From positions 2,356,578-2,420,577 of the forward strand of contig CP136572.1 in NCBI GenBank assembly GCA_035193785.1: a DNA stretch of 64,000 nt. Direction: 5' to 3'. This stretch comes from Planktothrix sp. GU0601_MAG3. GTDB lineage: Bacteria; Cyanobacteriota; Cyanobacteriia; Cyanobacteriales; Microcoleaceae. Below are positions 1 through 10,857 of this stretch, in pieces (position 1 is the first letter of the stretch; each line of letters begins with the position of its first letter). Both the position numbers and the translations under genes were made by a program. The notes under the pieces were generated by a model. That model searched no databases. It was not told the origin of the DNA and saw nothing but the letters and a program-made list of their open reading frames with translations.

Positions 1-1386
1 ACTCGTAGAGTTGACATTCCCAAACCTGGTTCAACAGAAACCCGTCCATTAGGAATGCCCACAATCAACGACCGTGCATTGCAAACGTTAGTCAAACTAA
101 CGTTAGAACCAGAATGGGAGGCGCTCTTTGAGCCAAACAGTTATGGTTTCAGACCAGGAAGTTCCTGTCACGATGCGATTGAAGCAATATTTAATAATAT
201 TAGATACAAGTCCAAATATGTACTTGATGCTAATATCTCAAAATGCTTTGACCGCATAGACCACAAAGCGTTAATCTCCAAAATACACACATACCCTACA
301 TTAAGCCGTCTTATTAAATCATGGCTTAAAGCAGGGTACTGGGACGGAAAAGAACTTTTTCCTACTAATGATGGTACACCACAAGGGGGGGTAATTTCAC
401 CCCTACTTGCAAATATTGCCCTACATGGTATGGAAGAAAGAGTTAAGCAATATGCAGAAACTCTAAAAGGAAGAAAACGTGAAAATCGTGAATCCCTTAG
501 TTTAATCCGATACGCTGATGATTTTGTGATAATCCACGAAGATTTAAACATTATCAAAAAGTGTCAAGAGATAATTGCCAACTGGTTAAGTGATATAGGA
601 TTGGAATTAAAACCAAGCAAGACAAAATTAACCCACACCCTCAATGAAATTGATGGAAACGTTGGGTTTGAGTTCTTAGGATTCCATATACAGCAGCATA
701 AGGTAGGTAAATACCGCGCTGCATCAAATGGACATTTCAAGTTAGGTTTTAAAACAATAATCACACCCTCAAAAGCCAAAATCAAAACTCATCTTATCAG
801 AATAGCTGAAGTAATAGATACCCATAAGACCGCCCCACAAGCTGCTTTAATTAGCAAGCTGAATCCTATTATTAGAGGCTGGTCAAACTATTATTCAACA
901 GTGGTTAGTAAAGAAACTTTTGATAAAGTTGACTCACTAACTTATGACAAGTTGAGAGCTTGGGCAAGAAGGCGGGGAAAAGGGAACATCAATAAAGATA
1001 AATACTGGAGAACAGTAAATGACAGAAATTGGTGTTTCAGTACAGAAGATGGATTAAAATTACTCACCCATAGCAGTACGCCAATCGTAAGGCATACAAA
1101 GGTTAAAGGTGAAGCTAGTCCGTTTGATGGTAACTGGATTTATTGGAGTAAACGACGAGGCGAATACCCAGAAACTCCTACAAGGGTTTCCAAACTAATC
1201 AAAAAACAAAAAGGTATTTGTCCTCACTGTGGTCTGTATTTTTCAAGTACAGACATCGTAGAAGTTGACCATATTAAACCAACGTCATTAGGTGGAAAAG
1301 ACATCTATGATAACCTTCAACTTCTACAGAAACATTGTCACGACATAAAAACGGCTAAAGATGGTTCCTTAACTAAAAGTAAGTAA
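1..1386 (+). CDS. ltrA: Intron-encoded RT/maturase/HNH protein, 5'-truncated by the window edge, carrying degenerative substitutions
   Basis: PQGG, YADD, CPHC..EVDH..H HNH motifs. Reads LDANISKCFD where introns 2 and 3 read LDADISKCFD, and has TAA at 1384-1386 where they have CAA. Confidence 0.9.
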   Translation, partial: TRRVDIPKPGSTETRPLGMPTINDRALQTLVKLTLEPEWEALFEPNSYGFRPGSSCHDAIEAIFNNIRYKSKYVLDANISKCFDRIDHKALISKIHTYPTLSRLIKSWLKAGYWDGKELFPTNDGTPQGGVISPLLANIALHGMEERVKQYAETLKGRKRENRESLSLIRYADDFVIIHEDLNIIKKCQEIIANWLSDIGLELKPSKTKLTHTLNEIDGNVGFEFLGFHIQQHKVGKYRAASNGHFKLGFKTIITPSKAKIKTHLIRIAEVIDTHKTAPQAALISKLNPIIRGWSNYYSTVVSKETFDKVDSLTYDKLRAWARRRGKGNINKDKYWRTVNDRNWCFSTEDGLKLLTHSSTPIVRHTKVKGEASPFDGNWIYWSKRRGEYPETPTRVSKLIKKQKGICPHCGLYFSSTDIVEVDHIKPTSLGGKDIYDNLQLLQKHCHDIKTAKDGSLTKSK

Positions 1387-1534
1387 TTACCAATAGTTGA
1401 AAACTATGAAAATAACCCGTTTTGAATCGTATCCATAACAAGGATGGAATTATCAAGGAGCCGTGTGAGGCGAAAGTTTCATGCACGGTTTCTGAAGGAG
1501 AGGTAGGAGTGGTAACGCTTTTATCGACTCTAAC
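1..1534 (+). mobile_element. Group IIB intron 1 (3' part; 5' end lies before the window), inserted in pgl
   Basis: RT ORF followed by domain V (gagccgtgtgaggcgaaagtttcatgcacgg, ~1458-1492), domain VI and the terminal ...gactctAAC at 1534. The pgl frame (PEHPDSNQKM) resumes at 1535. Confidence 0.93.
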
Positions 1535-4508
1535 CCAGAGCACCCCGATAGTAACCAAAAAATGGCAGCCCAGGCTTGGCTGGATCGGGTGAATTTCCCA
1601 GCCACTAATATTCATCCAATGCCAACTTTGGCTAATAATCCCATTGCCGATGCAGAACAATACAATAAGGAGTTAGTAGAATTTTTCGCGCTCAATGCCG
1701 GAGAGTTCCCGGCTTTTGATGTGGTTTTATTGGGGATGGGAGATGATGCTCACACCGCATCTTTATTTCCCCATACCGCGGCCTTAACCGTTGAGGATCG
1801 CTTAATTACCGTTGGCGTGCGATTCGTTTAACCTAAAATAAGCTGAAAGGCTTATGGGACGGTTAACCCAGTTAATAAAACTGGTGATAACTGATTACAT
1901 TTATGGGTGAAATTCCGTGAATTAAGTCCCATCCCTCAAGTGCTGAGGTGAAAGCATAACCCCTAGTTTGCTTGGGTAGCAACCAACAGACTAAAGCGGG
2001 GTTAAAAGGTAGAACTACTGGTAGCCAAATCCGGTAACTACCGAGCAAGAAGTCCATGCGTAGCGTAAGCAAAGATGTGTCCGAACCATCGTAATTATTA
2101 ATGGTGTAATGGCTAAATCAAGGTTAAAAACTTGATTAACACCAAGCCAAAAGGCAAGGATAGGGCATAAGCGGTTGTCAACCCGACTTATAAGCACCGC
2201 CCAATAAACCCGGTGGATAAGCATCACGCTAAAGACTTCAAACAAATGTGTAATCGGAACGAAGTAACCCCTATATATCTCTGGAAAAGGTCGATAACCA
2301 GTAAGTAGCTAACGAACGATATATAGGGAAAGGATGGTATCAAAAGCGAATGCCCTTGGTAATGTAAGGGATATGCTGACAGATACTCGGTAATTCCAAA
2401 GAAATAGAACAAGTAGCAATGAATATATCTAAAACGCAGAACAATCTGACGGTGGAGTGGAAAGACCTTAACTGGCGCAAGTTAGAAAAGGTAACTTTTA
2501 AGTTGCAAAAGCGCATATTTCAAGCGAGTGAAACGAGGCGATGTTAAAGCAGTTCGCAAACTTCAAAAGACCCTGATTAGGTCTTGGTCGGCAAAATGTA
2601 TTGCGGTACGTCGGGTAACACAAGACAATCAAGGAAAAAATACCGCAGGTGTGGACGGAATTAAATCTCTGACCCCAAAGCAACGTATGAGCCTTGTGGG
2701 ACAATTAAAGTTAACAGGCAAGGTAAAACCAACTCGTAGAGTTAACATTCCCAAACCTGGTTCAACAGAAACCCGTCCATTAGGAATACCCACAATAAAC
2801 GACCGCGCATTGCAAGCGTTAGTCAAACTAGCGTTAGAACCAGAATGGGAGGCTAAATTCGAGCCAAACAGTTATGGTTTCAGGCCAGGACGTTCCTGTC
2901 ACGATGCAATCAGAGCAATATTTGACAGTATTAAGCAAAAAGCCAAATATGTGCTAGATGCTGATATCTCAAAATGCTTTGACCGCATAAACCACAAAGC
3001 CTTAATCTCCAAGATACAAACATACCCCACATTAAGCCGACAAATTAAATCATGGCTTAAAGCAGGGTATATAGACGGAAAAGAACTTTTTCCTACCCAT
3101 GATGGTACACCACAAGGCGGGGTGATTTCACCTTTACTTGCGAATATTGCCTTACATGGTATGGAAGAAAGAGTCAAGCAATATGCAGAAACTCTAAAAG
3201 GAAAGAAACGGGATAACCGTAATGCCCTTAGTTTAATCCGATACGCTGATGACTTCGTAATAATTCACGAAGATTTAAACGTTGTCAAAAAATGTCAAGA
3301 GATAATCGCTGATTGGTTAAGTGACATGGGATTGGAATTAAAACCAAGTAAAACAAAATTAACCCACACCCTCAATGAAATTGACGGGAACATTGGGTTT
3401 GAGTTCTTAGGGTTCCACATTCAACAGCACAAAGTAGGAAACTACAAATGTGCAAATAATTCAAATGGAATACCACTAGGTTTTACAACACTAATCACAC
3501 CCTCCAAAGCCAAAATAAAAACTCATCTTGTCAAAATAGCTGAAATAATAGAAACGCATAAGAATGCGCCTCAAGCTTCTTTAATTAGCAAGCTGAATCC
3601 AATTATTAAAGGCTGGTCAAATTACTATTCAACAATGGTTAGTAAAAAAACCTTTTCAAAGGTTGACCATCTAATTTACGACAAGTTAAGAGCTTGGGCA
3701 AGAACGAGGGGAAAAGGGAACATCAATAAAGACAAATACTGGAGAACAGTAGGAGACAGAAATTGGTGTTTCAGTACAGAAGATGGATTAGAATTATTCA
3801 CCCACGCCAGTACGCCTATCGTAAGGCATACCAAAGTTAAAGGTGAAGCTAGTCCGTTCGATGGTAACTGGATTTACTGGAGTAAACGTCGAGGCGAATA
3901 TCCTGAGACTCCTAGCAGAGTTTCCAAATCAATCAAAAAACAAAAGGGTATTTGTCCTCACTGTGGTCTGTATTTCACAAGTACAGGCATTGTAGAAGTT
4001 GACCATATTAAACCAACATCGTTAGGTGGAAAAGACACTTACGATAATCTTCAACTTCTACACAAACATTGTCACGACACAAAGACGGCTCACGATGGTT
4101 CCTCAACTAAAAGTAAACAATTACCAATAGTTGAGAACTATGAGAATAATCCGTTTTGAATCGTATCCATAACAAGGATGGAATTATCAAGGAGCCGTGT
4201 GAGGTGAAAGTCTCACGCACGGTTCTGAAGGAGAGGTAGGAGTGGTAACGCTTCTATCGACTCTAACAATAAGGACGGTCAACCCCGAATTACCTTTACG
4301 GTTTCCTTTGATTAATCATGCCCGTTGTGTCCTATTCATGGTCACCGGGTCGAATAAACAAGAACCGTTAGACCGGGTGTTCGCCACCGAGGGGGATGCC
4401 ACCACCTATCCCAGCCGCCTAATTCAACCCATGGGGGAACTCTGGTGGTTATTGGATCGGGAAGCAGGGGCTAAACTCGCCGAAAATTTGCCAAAATTAA
4501 GCATCTAA
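1535..4508 (+). CDS. pgl: 6-phosphogluconolactonase, exon 2 (1535-1816) and exon 3 (4268-4508); exon 1 lies outside the window
   Basis: HPDSN, FDVVLLGMGDDAHTASLFP, then across intron 2 ITVG|NKDGQPRITFT and YPSRLIQP..LWWLLD. One extra T at 4301-4305 breaks exon 3. Confidence 0.9.
1817..4267 (+). mobile_element. Group IIB intron 2 (complete), phase-0 insertion in pgl
   Basis: Starts GTGCG at 1817 and ends ctctAAC at 4267. Domain V at ~4192-4225. EBS1 gtcaac (2177-2182) pairs with exon gttggc; EBS2 gtaatta (2091-2097) pairs with taattac. Confidence 0.95.
2419..4159 (+). CDS. ltrA: Intron-encoded RT/maturase/HNH endonuclease
   Basis: ATG at 2419 is colinear with the intron 3 ORF start (MN.SKTQNNLTVEWK). 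One extra A at 2530-2534 (probable artefact). DADISKCFD, PQGG, YADD and HNH are intact. Confidence 0.92.
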
Positions 4509-4545
4509 AGCCCTAATTTTACTTAAGTTTGCTTATCCAAATCCT

Positions 4546-5268
4546 ATGATTGTTTGTCCGAATTGTAGTCATCAAAATCCAGAAGGCGCGACGCAATGTG
4601 AAGCCTGTTATACGCCTTTGCCATCCACCACCAGTTGTCCCCATTGTGGGGCAACAATACAAACGGATGCGTCCTTCTGTGGTCAGTGTGGGTCGAATTT
4701 ACAACCCGCGACGGTCGGTAATCAGGAGGAAATGCAGGCGGTAATTCCGACGGTGGTTTCGCCTCCGAATCTACCCACACCGGAAGTGGCGGTGAGTTCG
4801 GGGTTGAATTTGGAGAAATCGCCCCCTCCCGTAGCGATGGAAACGACTCCTCCGGTGATTCCGGTGGTCATTCCTGAACCCCCTCCCATCCCGATGAATC
4901 TGGGTTCCAACAGTTCGGCGACTCAGTTACAGCAACAGACGGCTAAGTTAATTCATGTCCAAACCAGTACGGATTTGGAATTACCTCAAAATGTGTCGGT
5001 GATTCATTTGGGAAAACCGAATGATTTAGTCCCCCCCGATGTGGATGTTTCAGGATTTCCTAATTCGGAAATTGTGTCTCGTAGCCATGCCGATATTCGC
5101 ATTGAGGGAGATGCGTATTATATTGAAGATGTGGGCAGTTCCAATGGGACTTATATTAATAATACGGCTCTGCCCAAGGGGAATCGTCATCGGTTAAAAC
5201 CAGGCGATCGGATTTCTTTAGGAAAAGGGGATTTGGTTTCGTTTGTTTTTCAACTTTCCAAGGGTTAG
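4546..5268 (+). CDS. Double zinc-ribbon + FHA domain protein
   Basis: Four CxxC pairs, a Pro-rich linker, and an FHA core (VSRSHA..IEDVGSSNGTYIN). Confidence 0.85.
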   Translation: MIVCPNCSHQNPEGATQCEACYTPLPSTTSCPHCGATIQTDASFCGQCGSNLQPATVGNQEEMQAVIPTVVSPPNLPTPEVAVSSGLNLEKSPPPVAMETTPPVIPVVIPEPPPIPMNLGSNSSATQLQQQTAKLIHVQTSTDLELPQNVSVIHLGKPNDLVPPDVDVSGFPNSEIVSRSHADIRIEGDAYYIEDVGSSNGTYINNTALPKGNRHRLKPGDRISLGKGDLVSFVFQLSKG

Positions 5269-5493
5269 GAGGGGCTGAGAAAAAAGCGAGTTTTCCTGTT
5301 ATTTCAATCGGGTGAACCATGGGATTAGATCATTAACAGCTTATTTAAGGGCACTAGGAAATTTAACCCCTATTAAACCCCAAAATGCAGGAAGTTTTTG
5401 ATTCTATTCCCTATTCCCTAAAGACCGAGAATTCCAAATTTACGATTGAAAATAGGTTCATGGCATAGCTGTTGATTGTTAGATTGTGCCAAT

Positions 5494-5947
5494 GTGATTA
5501 GACTAACGTTATTACATCCTCTCCAATCAATTCCTGTCCGCAGTTGGGTATTTGACAAGGACAATGTGATTCGGATTGGGCGATCGCTTAAGAATGATGT
5601 TATTCTCTATAGTGCGGTCGTTTCCCGTTATCATGTCGAGATTTGTCATGTCAATCAACATTGGCTGGTCGTGAATCTAGGAACTAATGGAAACCTATGT
5701 CAATGGACAGGCAATTAAACAAGTCCCCTTAGTGGATGGACAGGTGATTCACTTAGCAATATCTGGCCCTAGGATTCTATTAAATATTTTACCCGATCCG
5801 ACAGAATCGGTTTCAACCCCAGGAATAGACTCCCATCAAGAGGGAGTTATGTCTACTCCTGAACTTTTGTTTACCCATCAAAACGAGGAAAAAACGGAGG
5901 TTAATCTTCGCAAACAACTTGAATTTCCTACCAATCATCTTGTTTAA
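5494..5947 (+). CDS. FHA domain protein (one apparent frameshift at ~5690)
   Basis: IGRS..NDVILYSAVVSRYH..NLGTNG joins TYVNGQ after removing one A. Confidence 0.75.
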
Positions 5948-6536
5948 CCGGATACCATAATAACCTGGTTAGTGCCGTCCCGGTAATCACCGCAACAATT
6001 GTCCAAACTAGGAGTAAACCTAAAACGTCTCCGAGAAAGAAACTTGTCCCCTGACGTAGAATTCCTCCAAACATCCAACCGATGGGTAATGCTATCCCCC
6101 AAGAGATGACGGTGACTACTATCCATCGCCAGGCTTGGAATACTTCGGTGCGTAAGACCCACCATTGTCCTAGGCTTAAACATAGTCCTAATTTCACTCC
6201 TTCGATCAGCCCGTAGACAATTCTAGGGGTGAGGTTTAAGGTGCGCGGAGCCGCCCAACCCAAGAGTCCCACTGGAGTTAAGGCGATAATACTGAATATG
6301 AAAACATGAACAAAAATCCATCGCCAACTTTGGGAAATATAGTTTTTTAAAATAAACCATTGAGCCAGACTAATAATTAATCCGCCAATGGCTCCTTCTA
6401 AGGCTCCTAAATCCGGTTTTTCTCCAATTTCTATCCAAATTAAACTAACTAAAAATCCTATCAAGGTTACAAACATCCACTGTAGGATAAATCCTAGATC
6501 TGTTTGTAAATCTAAATTATCATATACCCATTTCAT
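5928..6536 (-). CDS. Multi-pass membrane protein, unknown function
   Basis: 202 aa, hydrophobic helices with repeated QW..L....WRW motifs. Confidence 0.65.
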   Translation of the reverse strand: MKWVYDNLDLQTDLGFILQWMFVTLIGFLVSLIWIEIGEKPDLGALEGAIGGLIISLAQWFILKNYISQSWRWIFVHVFIFSIIALTPVGLLGWAAPRTLNLTPRIVYGLIEGVKLGLCLSLGQWWVLRTEVFQAWRWIVVTVISWGIALPIGWMFGGILRQGTSFFLGDVLGLLLVWTIVAVITGTALTRLLWYPVKQDDW

Positions 6537-6540
6537 ATAG

Positions 6541-6620
6541 TAGGGAATTAGGAATTACGAATTACGAATTACGAATTACGAATGGGGAATAGGGAGTAGG
6601 GGGAGCGGGGAACACCGGAT
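6541..6620. repeat. STRR-type heptamer repeat (GAATTAC)n
   Basis: Four tandem gaattac units followed by a G-rich tail. Confidence 0.7.
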
Positions 6621-6666
6621 AAAAAGACAGAGACAAGTTTAGATTTGCTGTATCAGTCTATGTTAA

Positions 6667-7782
6667 TTATCGGATTTCTGCGACTGCTATGGGTTGAAAG
6701 CGATCGCTTCTAAAATGATTTAATAACGGATCATATTGTTGATATAAAACCCAATCAGAAATTAATTTAGCCGTAACCGGAGCTAATAGAATCCCATTTC
6801 GATAATGACCCGTTGCTAATGTTAAGTTTTGCCAAGAACTCTGACCTAATATGGGGAATAAATCAGGGGTTTCCGGTCTAAATCCCCACCAAAATTCTTC
6901 AATTTCAAACTCTTTTAAAATCGGATATAATCGAATAGCTCCTGATAGTAAGTTTTCAATTCCATGCGGTGTTAAACCGGAAGTAAAACCCACCTGTTCG
7001 GATGTGGCTCCAATCACAATTAAACCATCTCTACGCGGCACAATATAAACATCTGAACCGAATAAAACCTGTTTCAAAGGTAAGGGTTTAATAGTATTTG
7101 GAACCCGCACCGATAACATTTGTCCCTTTCTCGGATATACCGGAATTGAGAACAATTGTCCCGACCAAGCACCCGCCGTTAAAATATAATTATCCGCCCT
7201 AAAATTACCTTGATTTGTCTGAATTTCTGTGATAATTTGATTAGGAGAAATAACTAATTTTTCTACCGTCACCCCCGCAACTATTTTAACCCCTAATTCC
7301 TGAGCCGCCCTTTGCAATATCTTGATTAACCCCCGACGGTTATCGACTTGACCATCCTGGGGAAACCACCAACCCCCGACTACATCATCCCCTAAGCCGG
7401 GTTGTTGCTGTAAAATGGCTTCGGGCTCTAACCAATGGCTGGGGGTGTCTGGAGTTGTTTCTAAACTGGTACAGTGGGGACGTTCATAAACCGGAGCCAA
7501 GATCCCACAGGGCCAATATCCCGTATCTAACCCCGTGATTTCCTCCAGTTTGCGCGTCCAGTCATTATAGAGGGCGCGACTGCGTAAACACAATTCTAGC
7601 ATGGGGCTAGGGGGAATTTGTTCGGCCTGGGGTGCTAACATCCCCGCCCCGACTAAACCCGCCGCTTCCTGGATATCCCGACTCAAAACCGTTACCGTTG
7701 CTCCCCGCAATCTTAACTCAACGGCGAGGGATAAGCCAATCAAACCACCACCGATTAGAATAATTTCACTATGTTGTTTCAT
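6667..7782 (-). CDS. thiO: Glycine oxidase ThiO
   Basis: GGGLIG FAD motif, GAGMLAPQAE, WWGFRP.TPD, ATGHYRNGILLAP. Confidence 0.9.
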   Translation of the reverse strand: MKQHSEIILIGGGLIGLSLAVELRLRGATVTVLSRDIQEAAGLVGAGMLAPQAEQIPPSPMLELCLRSRALYNDWTRKLEEITGLDTGYWPCGILAPVYERPHCTSLETTPDTPSHWLEPEAILQQQPGLGDDVVGGWWFPQDGQVDNRRGLIKILQRAAQELGVKIVAGVTVEKLVISPNQIITEIQTNQGNFRADNYILTAGAWSGQLFSIPVYPRKGQMLSVRVPNTIKPLPLKQVLFGSDVYIVPRRDGLIVIGATSEQVGFTSGLTPHGIENLLSGAIRLYPILKEFEIEEFWWGFRPETPDLFPILGQSSWQNLTLATGHYRNGILLAPVTAKLISDWVLYQQYDPLLNHFRSDRFQPIAVAEIR

Positions 7783-7861
7783 AAAATTTAAAAGTTCATC
7801 TTAGGAATTGAATCTATTTTCTATTTTAAACTTTTAAGGTTGATTTTTCCATAGGTTAACA

Positions 7862-8233
7862 ATGATTAAACGATTTTTTACAACTACAGTCTCCGCCCTG
7901 TGTTATTCCTTAATTGATTATCGGTTTAAAGATTCTCCTATTCCCCAGTATTTCCCTAATAATTCCGTGGTAAATTTTGTCATCGAACAACAAAATAAAA
8001 TGCCCGATTATCTGCAATTTCCCCTATTTATATTAACATTAATTTTTGATATTTGGGGACTGCTGTGTACAGGTTCATTCTTTCATTCTCAGTCGCCCTC
8101 TGTGCGTCAACAGCAAATTCAAGCCTGGAAAAATTCCCCCTTGCAAATTTGTCGAGATTTGATCAAATTTTATGAAAGTTTAGTAGTATTATATTGGCAA
8201 TCTGATTATATAAAATTATTGAACTATATCTAA
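7862..8233 (+). CDS. Small protein preceding a GMC oxidoreductase (possible accessory subunit)
   Basis: 123 aa ORF ending 8 nt before the GMC gene. The function is inferred from position only. Confidence 0.55.
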   Translation: MIKRFFTTTVSALCYSLIDYRFKDSPIPQYFPNNSVVNFVIEQQNKMPDYLQFPLFILTLIFDIWGLLCTGSFFHSQSPSVRQQQIQAWKNSPLQICRDLIKFYESLVVLYWQSDYIKLLNYI

Positions 8234-8241
8234 TAATTATT

Positions 8242-9708
8242 ATGGCTGAATCTAACCTAATTTCCCCTTGTGAATCTCCCCTAAAAGTTGAAATTGCCGT
8301 GATTGGTTCTGGCCCTGGGGGAGCGATTACCGCCTGTTTATTAGCTGAAGCCGGACGAGATGTTTTATTAATAGAAGAAGGAGCCTATTTATCCATAGAA
8401 TCCTGTCAACCTTTTTCCGTTGAAGAAATGATCCAAAAATATCGCAATGGCGGATTAACTGCCGCTTTTGGACAGCCAAAAATTCAATATGTAGAGGGTA
8501 AATGTGTGGGGGGAGGAAGTGAAATCAATAGCGGATTATATCATCGGACACCCTCTGATATTTTAGCACAATGGAGTCAAGAATTTGAAGTAGAATCTTT
8601 AACAGAAGCCGATTTAATCCCCCATTTTGAAGCCTGCGAACAGGCGGTTAATGTCTGTTATTTACCGGGAAAAGCTCCCACAGCTTCCTTAAAATTACAC
8701 GCAGGCGCAACCCGTTTAAATTGGCAATCTTTAGAAGTTCCTCGCTGGTTTCGTTATCAAGAATCATCAGATAAGATCCTAAAAGGAACGCGACAGTCAA
8801 TGACCGAAACCTTTATTCCCAGAGCTTTAAAAGCTGGGTGCAAACTATTAGCAAATACTTGGATAAAAAAGATTCACCAAAGCGATAAAAATTGGGTTTT
8901 AACGGGTTATTATCAAACTAATAATTATGATAAACAACCAATCACAATTCAAGCGGAAACCGTATTTGTTTGTTGTGGTGCAATTCAAACTCCAGCGTTA
9001 TTAAGAAGAAGTGGAATTAAACATAATATTGGTAATGCTTTAAGAATGCACCCAACAGTTAAAATAATTGCTCAATTTGATCAAGATATTAACACATTAG
9101 ATATGGGAGTTCCCGTCCATCAAGTTAAAGAATTTTCTCCTAAATTTAGTTTTGGTTGTTCAATTAGTTCTCCTCCCTATTTATCGGTGGGAATGACTGA
9201 CCATCCTGAATATACAGAAGAAGTGCAAAAAAATTGGCACAAAATGGCAATTTATTATGCTATGATTACGGGGGAAGGTTATGGTTCGATCAGAAATATT
9301 CCCTTTTATCGTGATCCCTTAGTTCGTTATAAATTAACATCTCAAGACTTAAAAAATTTATCAGAAGCATTACAAAAATTAGCCCTATTATTATTTGAAG
9401 CGGATGCTAAAATTCTCTATCCTAGTATTTCCAATAGTTTCCCCTTGACCCATCCCCAAGATTTAGTTAAAATCCCGGAACAACTTCCTATAAAACAAAC
9501 TAATTTAATGACAGTTCACGTTTTTTCCTCTTGTCCAATGGGAGAAAATTTACAAAAATGTGCGGTTAATTCCTTTGGTAAAGTTCATGGATTCAACAAT
9601 TTATATATTGCTGATGCCAGTTTACTTTGTACCGCTCCTGGAGTCAATCCCCAAGGTTCAATTATGGCGATCGCGCGTCGAAATGCGTTAAAATTCCTAA
9701 ATCCCTAA
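8242..9708 (+). CDS. GMC-family FAD oxidoreductase
   Basis: IGSGPGG, GKCVGGGSEINSG, GAIQTPALL, HVFSSCPMG, VNPQGSIMA. Confidence 0.88.
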   Translation: MAESNLISPCESPLKVEIAVIGSGPGGAITACLLAEAGRDVLLIEEGAYLSIESCQPFSVEEMIQKYRNGGLTAAFGQPKIQYVEGKCVGGGSEINSGLYHRTPSDILAQWSQEFEVESLTEADLIPHFEACEQAVNVCYLPGKAPTASLKLHAGATRLNWQSLEVPRWFRYQESSDKILKGTRQSMTETFIPRALKAGCKLLANTWIKKIHQSDKNWVLTGYYQTNNYDKQPITIQAETVFVCCGAIQTPALLRRSGIKHNIGNALRMHPTVKIIAQFDQDINTLDMGVPVHQVKEFSPKFSFGCSISSPPYLSVGMTDHPEYTEEVQKNWHKMAIYYAMITGEGYGSIRNIPFYRDPLVRYKLTSQDLKNLSEALQKLALLLFEADAKILYPSISNSFPLTHPQDLVKIPEQLPIKQTNLMTVHVFSSCPMGENLQKCAVNSFGKVHGFNNLYIADASLLCTAPGVNPQGSIMAIARRNALKFLNP

Positions 9709-9774
9709 GTTGTTGCGCCGTTGTTGCGCTTAAGCGCATCTTATCAACATAAGATAGTGCTAAAGCACAACAAC
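9709..9774. repeat. REP-like inverted-repeat element (GTTGTTGCGCT family)
   Basis: gttgttgcgcttaagcgca...gtgctaaagcacaacaac with internal hairpins. A partial copy is at ~13931. Confidence 0.55.
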
Positions 9775-9787
9775 AAGAAATAAGATT

Positions 9788-10855
9788 ATGATAGAATTTA
9801 ACACAAATTTAGTTTTAATAACTGGTGCATTAGGTTGGTTAGGAATTAATTTAGTCGAATCTTTAGTTAAAGGATTGGCTGATTTTGAACCCTTGAGTCA
9901 ACCTCAAAAAGATTTAAAAATTCGTTGTTTAATTTTACCAAATCAAGACCCAACTATTTTACAAAAAATATCCAATCAAATAGAAGTTTATCAAGGAGAT
10001 CTGAGAAATCCCCAAGATTGCGATCGCTTTTGTGAAAATGCCGAAAATGCTATTTTATTCCATACCGCCGGAATTATTCATCCTCAAAAAATATCAGAAT
10101 TTTATCAAATTAACGTAGAAGCAACAAAAAATCTCTTAAATTCGGCGGTTTCTGCTAAGATAAAACGAGCGATTATTGTATCCTCAAATTCTCCCTGTGG
10201 TTGTAATCCCCATCCCGATCATTTATTTGATGAAACCTCCCCCTATCATCCCTATATGAACTATGGACGTTCAAAAATGTTAATGGAATTAGCCATAAAT
10301 AACTATCAACAACAGGGAAAAATTGAAACCGTTATTATCCGTCCTCCTTGGTTTTATGGCCCCCATCAACCCCAACGTCAAACCCTATTTTTTAAAATGA
10401 TTAGAGATGGAAAGGGGCCAATTGTTGGAGATGGGAATAATTTAAGATCCATGGCTTATGTGGATAATATTTGTCAAGGATTAATATTAGCAGCTATTAC
10501 CGAAAAAGCCAACGGAAAAATATATTGGATAGCCGATGAACAACCCTACTCAATGAATGATATTATTAATACCATAGAACATTTATTGGAAACAGAATTT
10601 CAGCAATCCTGCATCCATAAACGCTTAAAATTACCCGGGTTAGCCAGTGAAATTGCCTTAGTTGTCGATGGAACATTACAAACCCTAGGATTTTATCATC
10701 AAAAAATTCATGTTCTTTCAGAAATGAATAAAACCATTGCTGTTTCTGTTGCGAAATCTCAACGGGAATTAGGTTATAATCCAACAATTGCTTTAGAAGC
10801 AGGAATGAGAAAAAGCCTCAAATGGATATTTGAGAATTATGGAGGACTAGATTAA
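9788..10855 (+). CDS. NAD-dependent epimerase/dehydratase (extended SDR)
   Basis: TGALGWLG, HTAG, YGRSK. Confidence 0.88.
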   Translation: MIEFNTNLVLITGALGWLGINLVESLVKGLADFEPLSQPQKDLKIRCLILPNQDPTILQKISNQIEVYQGDLRNPQDCDRFCENAENAILFHTAGIIHPQKISEFYQINVEATKNLLNSAVSAKIKRAIIVSSNSPCGCNPHPDHLFDETSPYHPYMNYGRSKMLMELAINNYQQQGKIETVIIRPPWFYGPHQPQRQTLFFKMIRDGKGPIVGDGNNLRSMAYVDNICQGLILAAITEKANGKIYWIADEQPYSMNDIINTIEHLLETEFQQSCIHKRLKLPGLASEIALVVDGTLQTLGFYHQKIHVLSEMNKTIAVSVAKSQRELGYNPTIALEAGMRKSLKWIFENYGGLD

Positions 10856-10857
10856 TT

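Noticed and set aside
4242..4300. Independent 88-aa gene starting at 4242
   Set aside because: The start lies within intron domain VI. The distal part is pgl exon 3 after the extra base.
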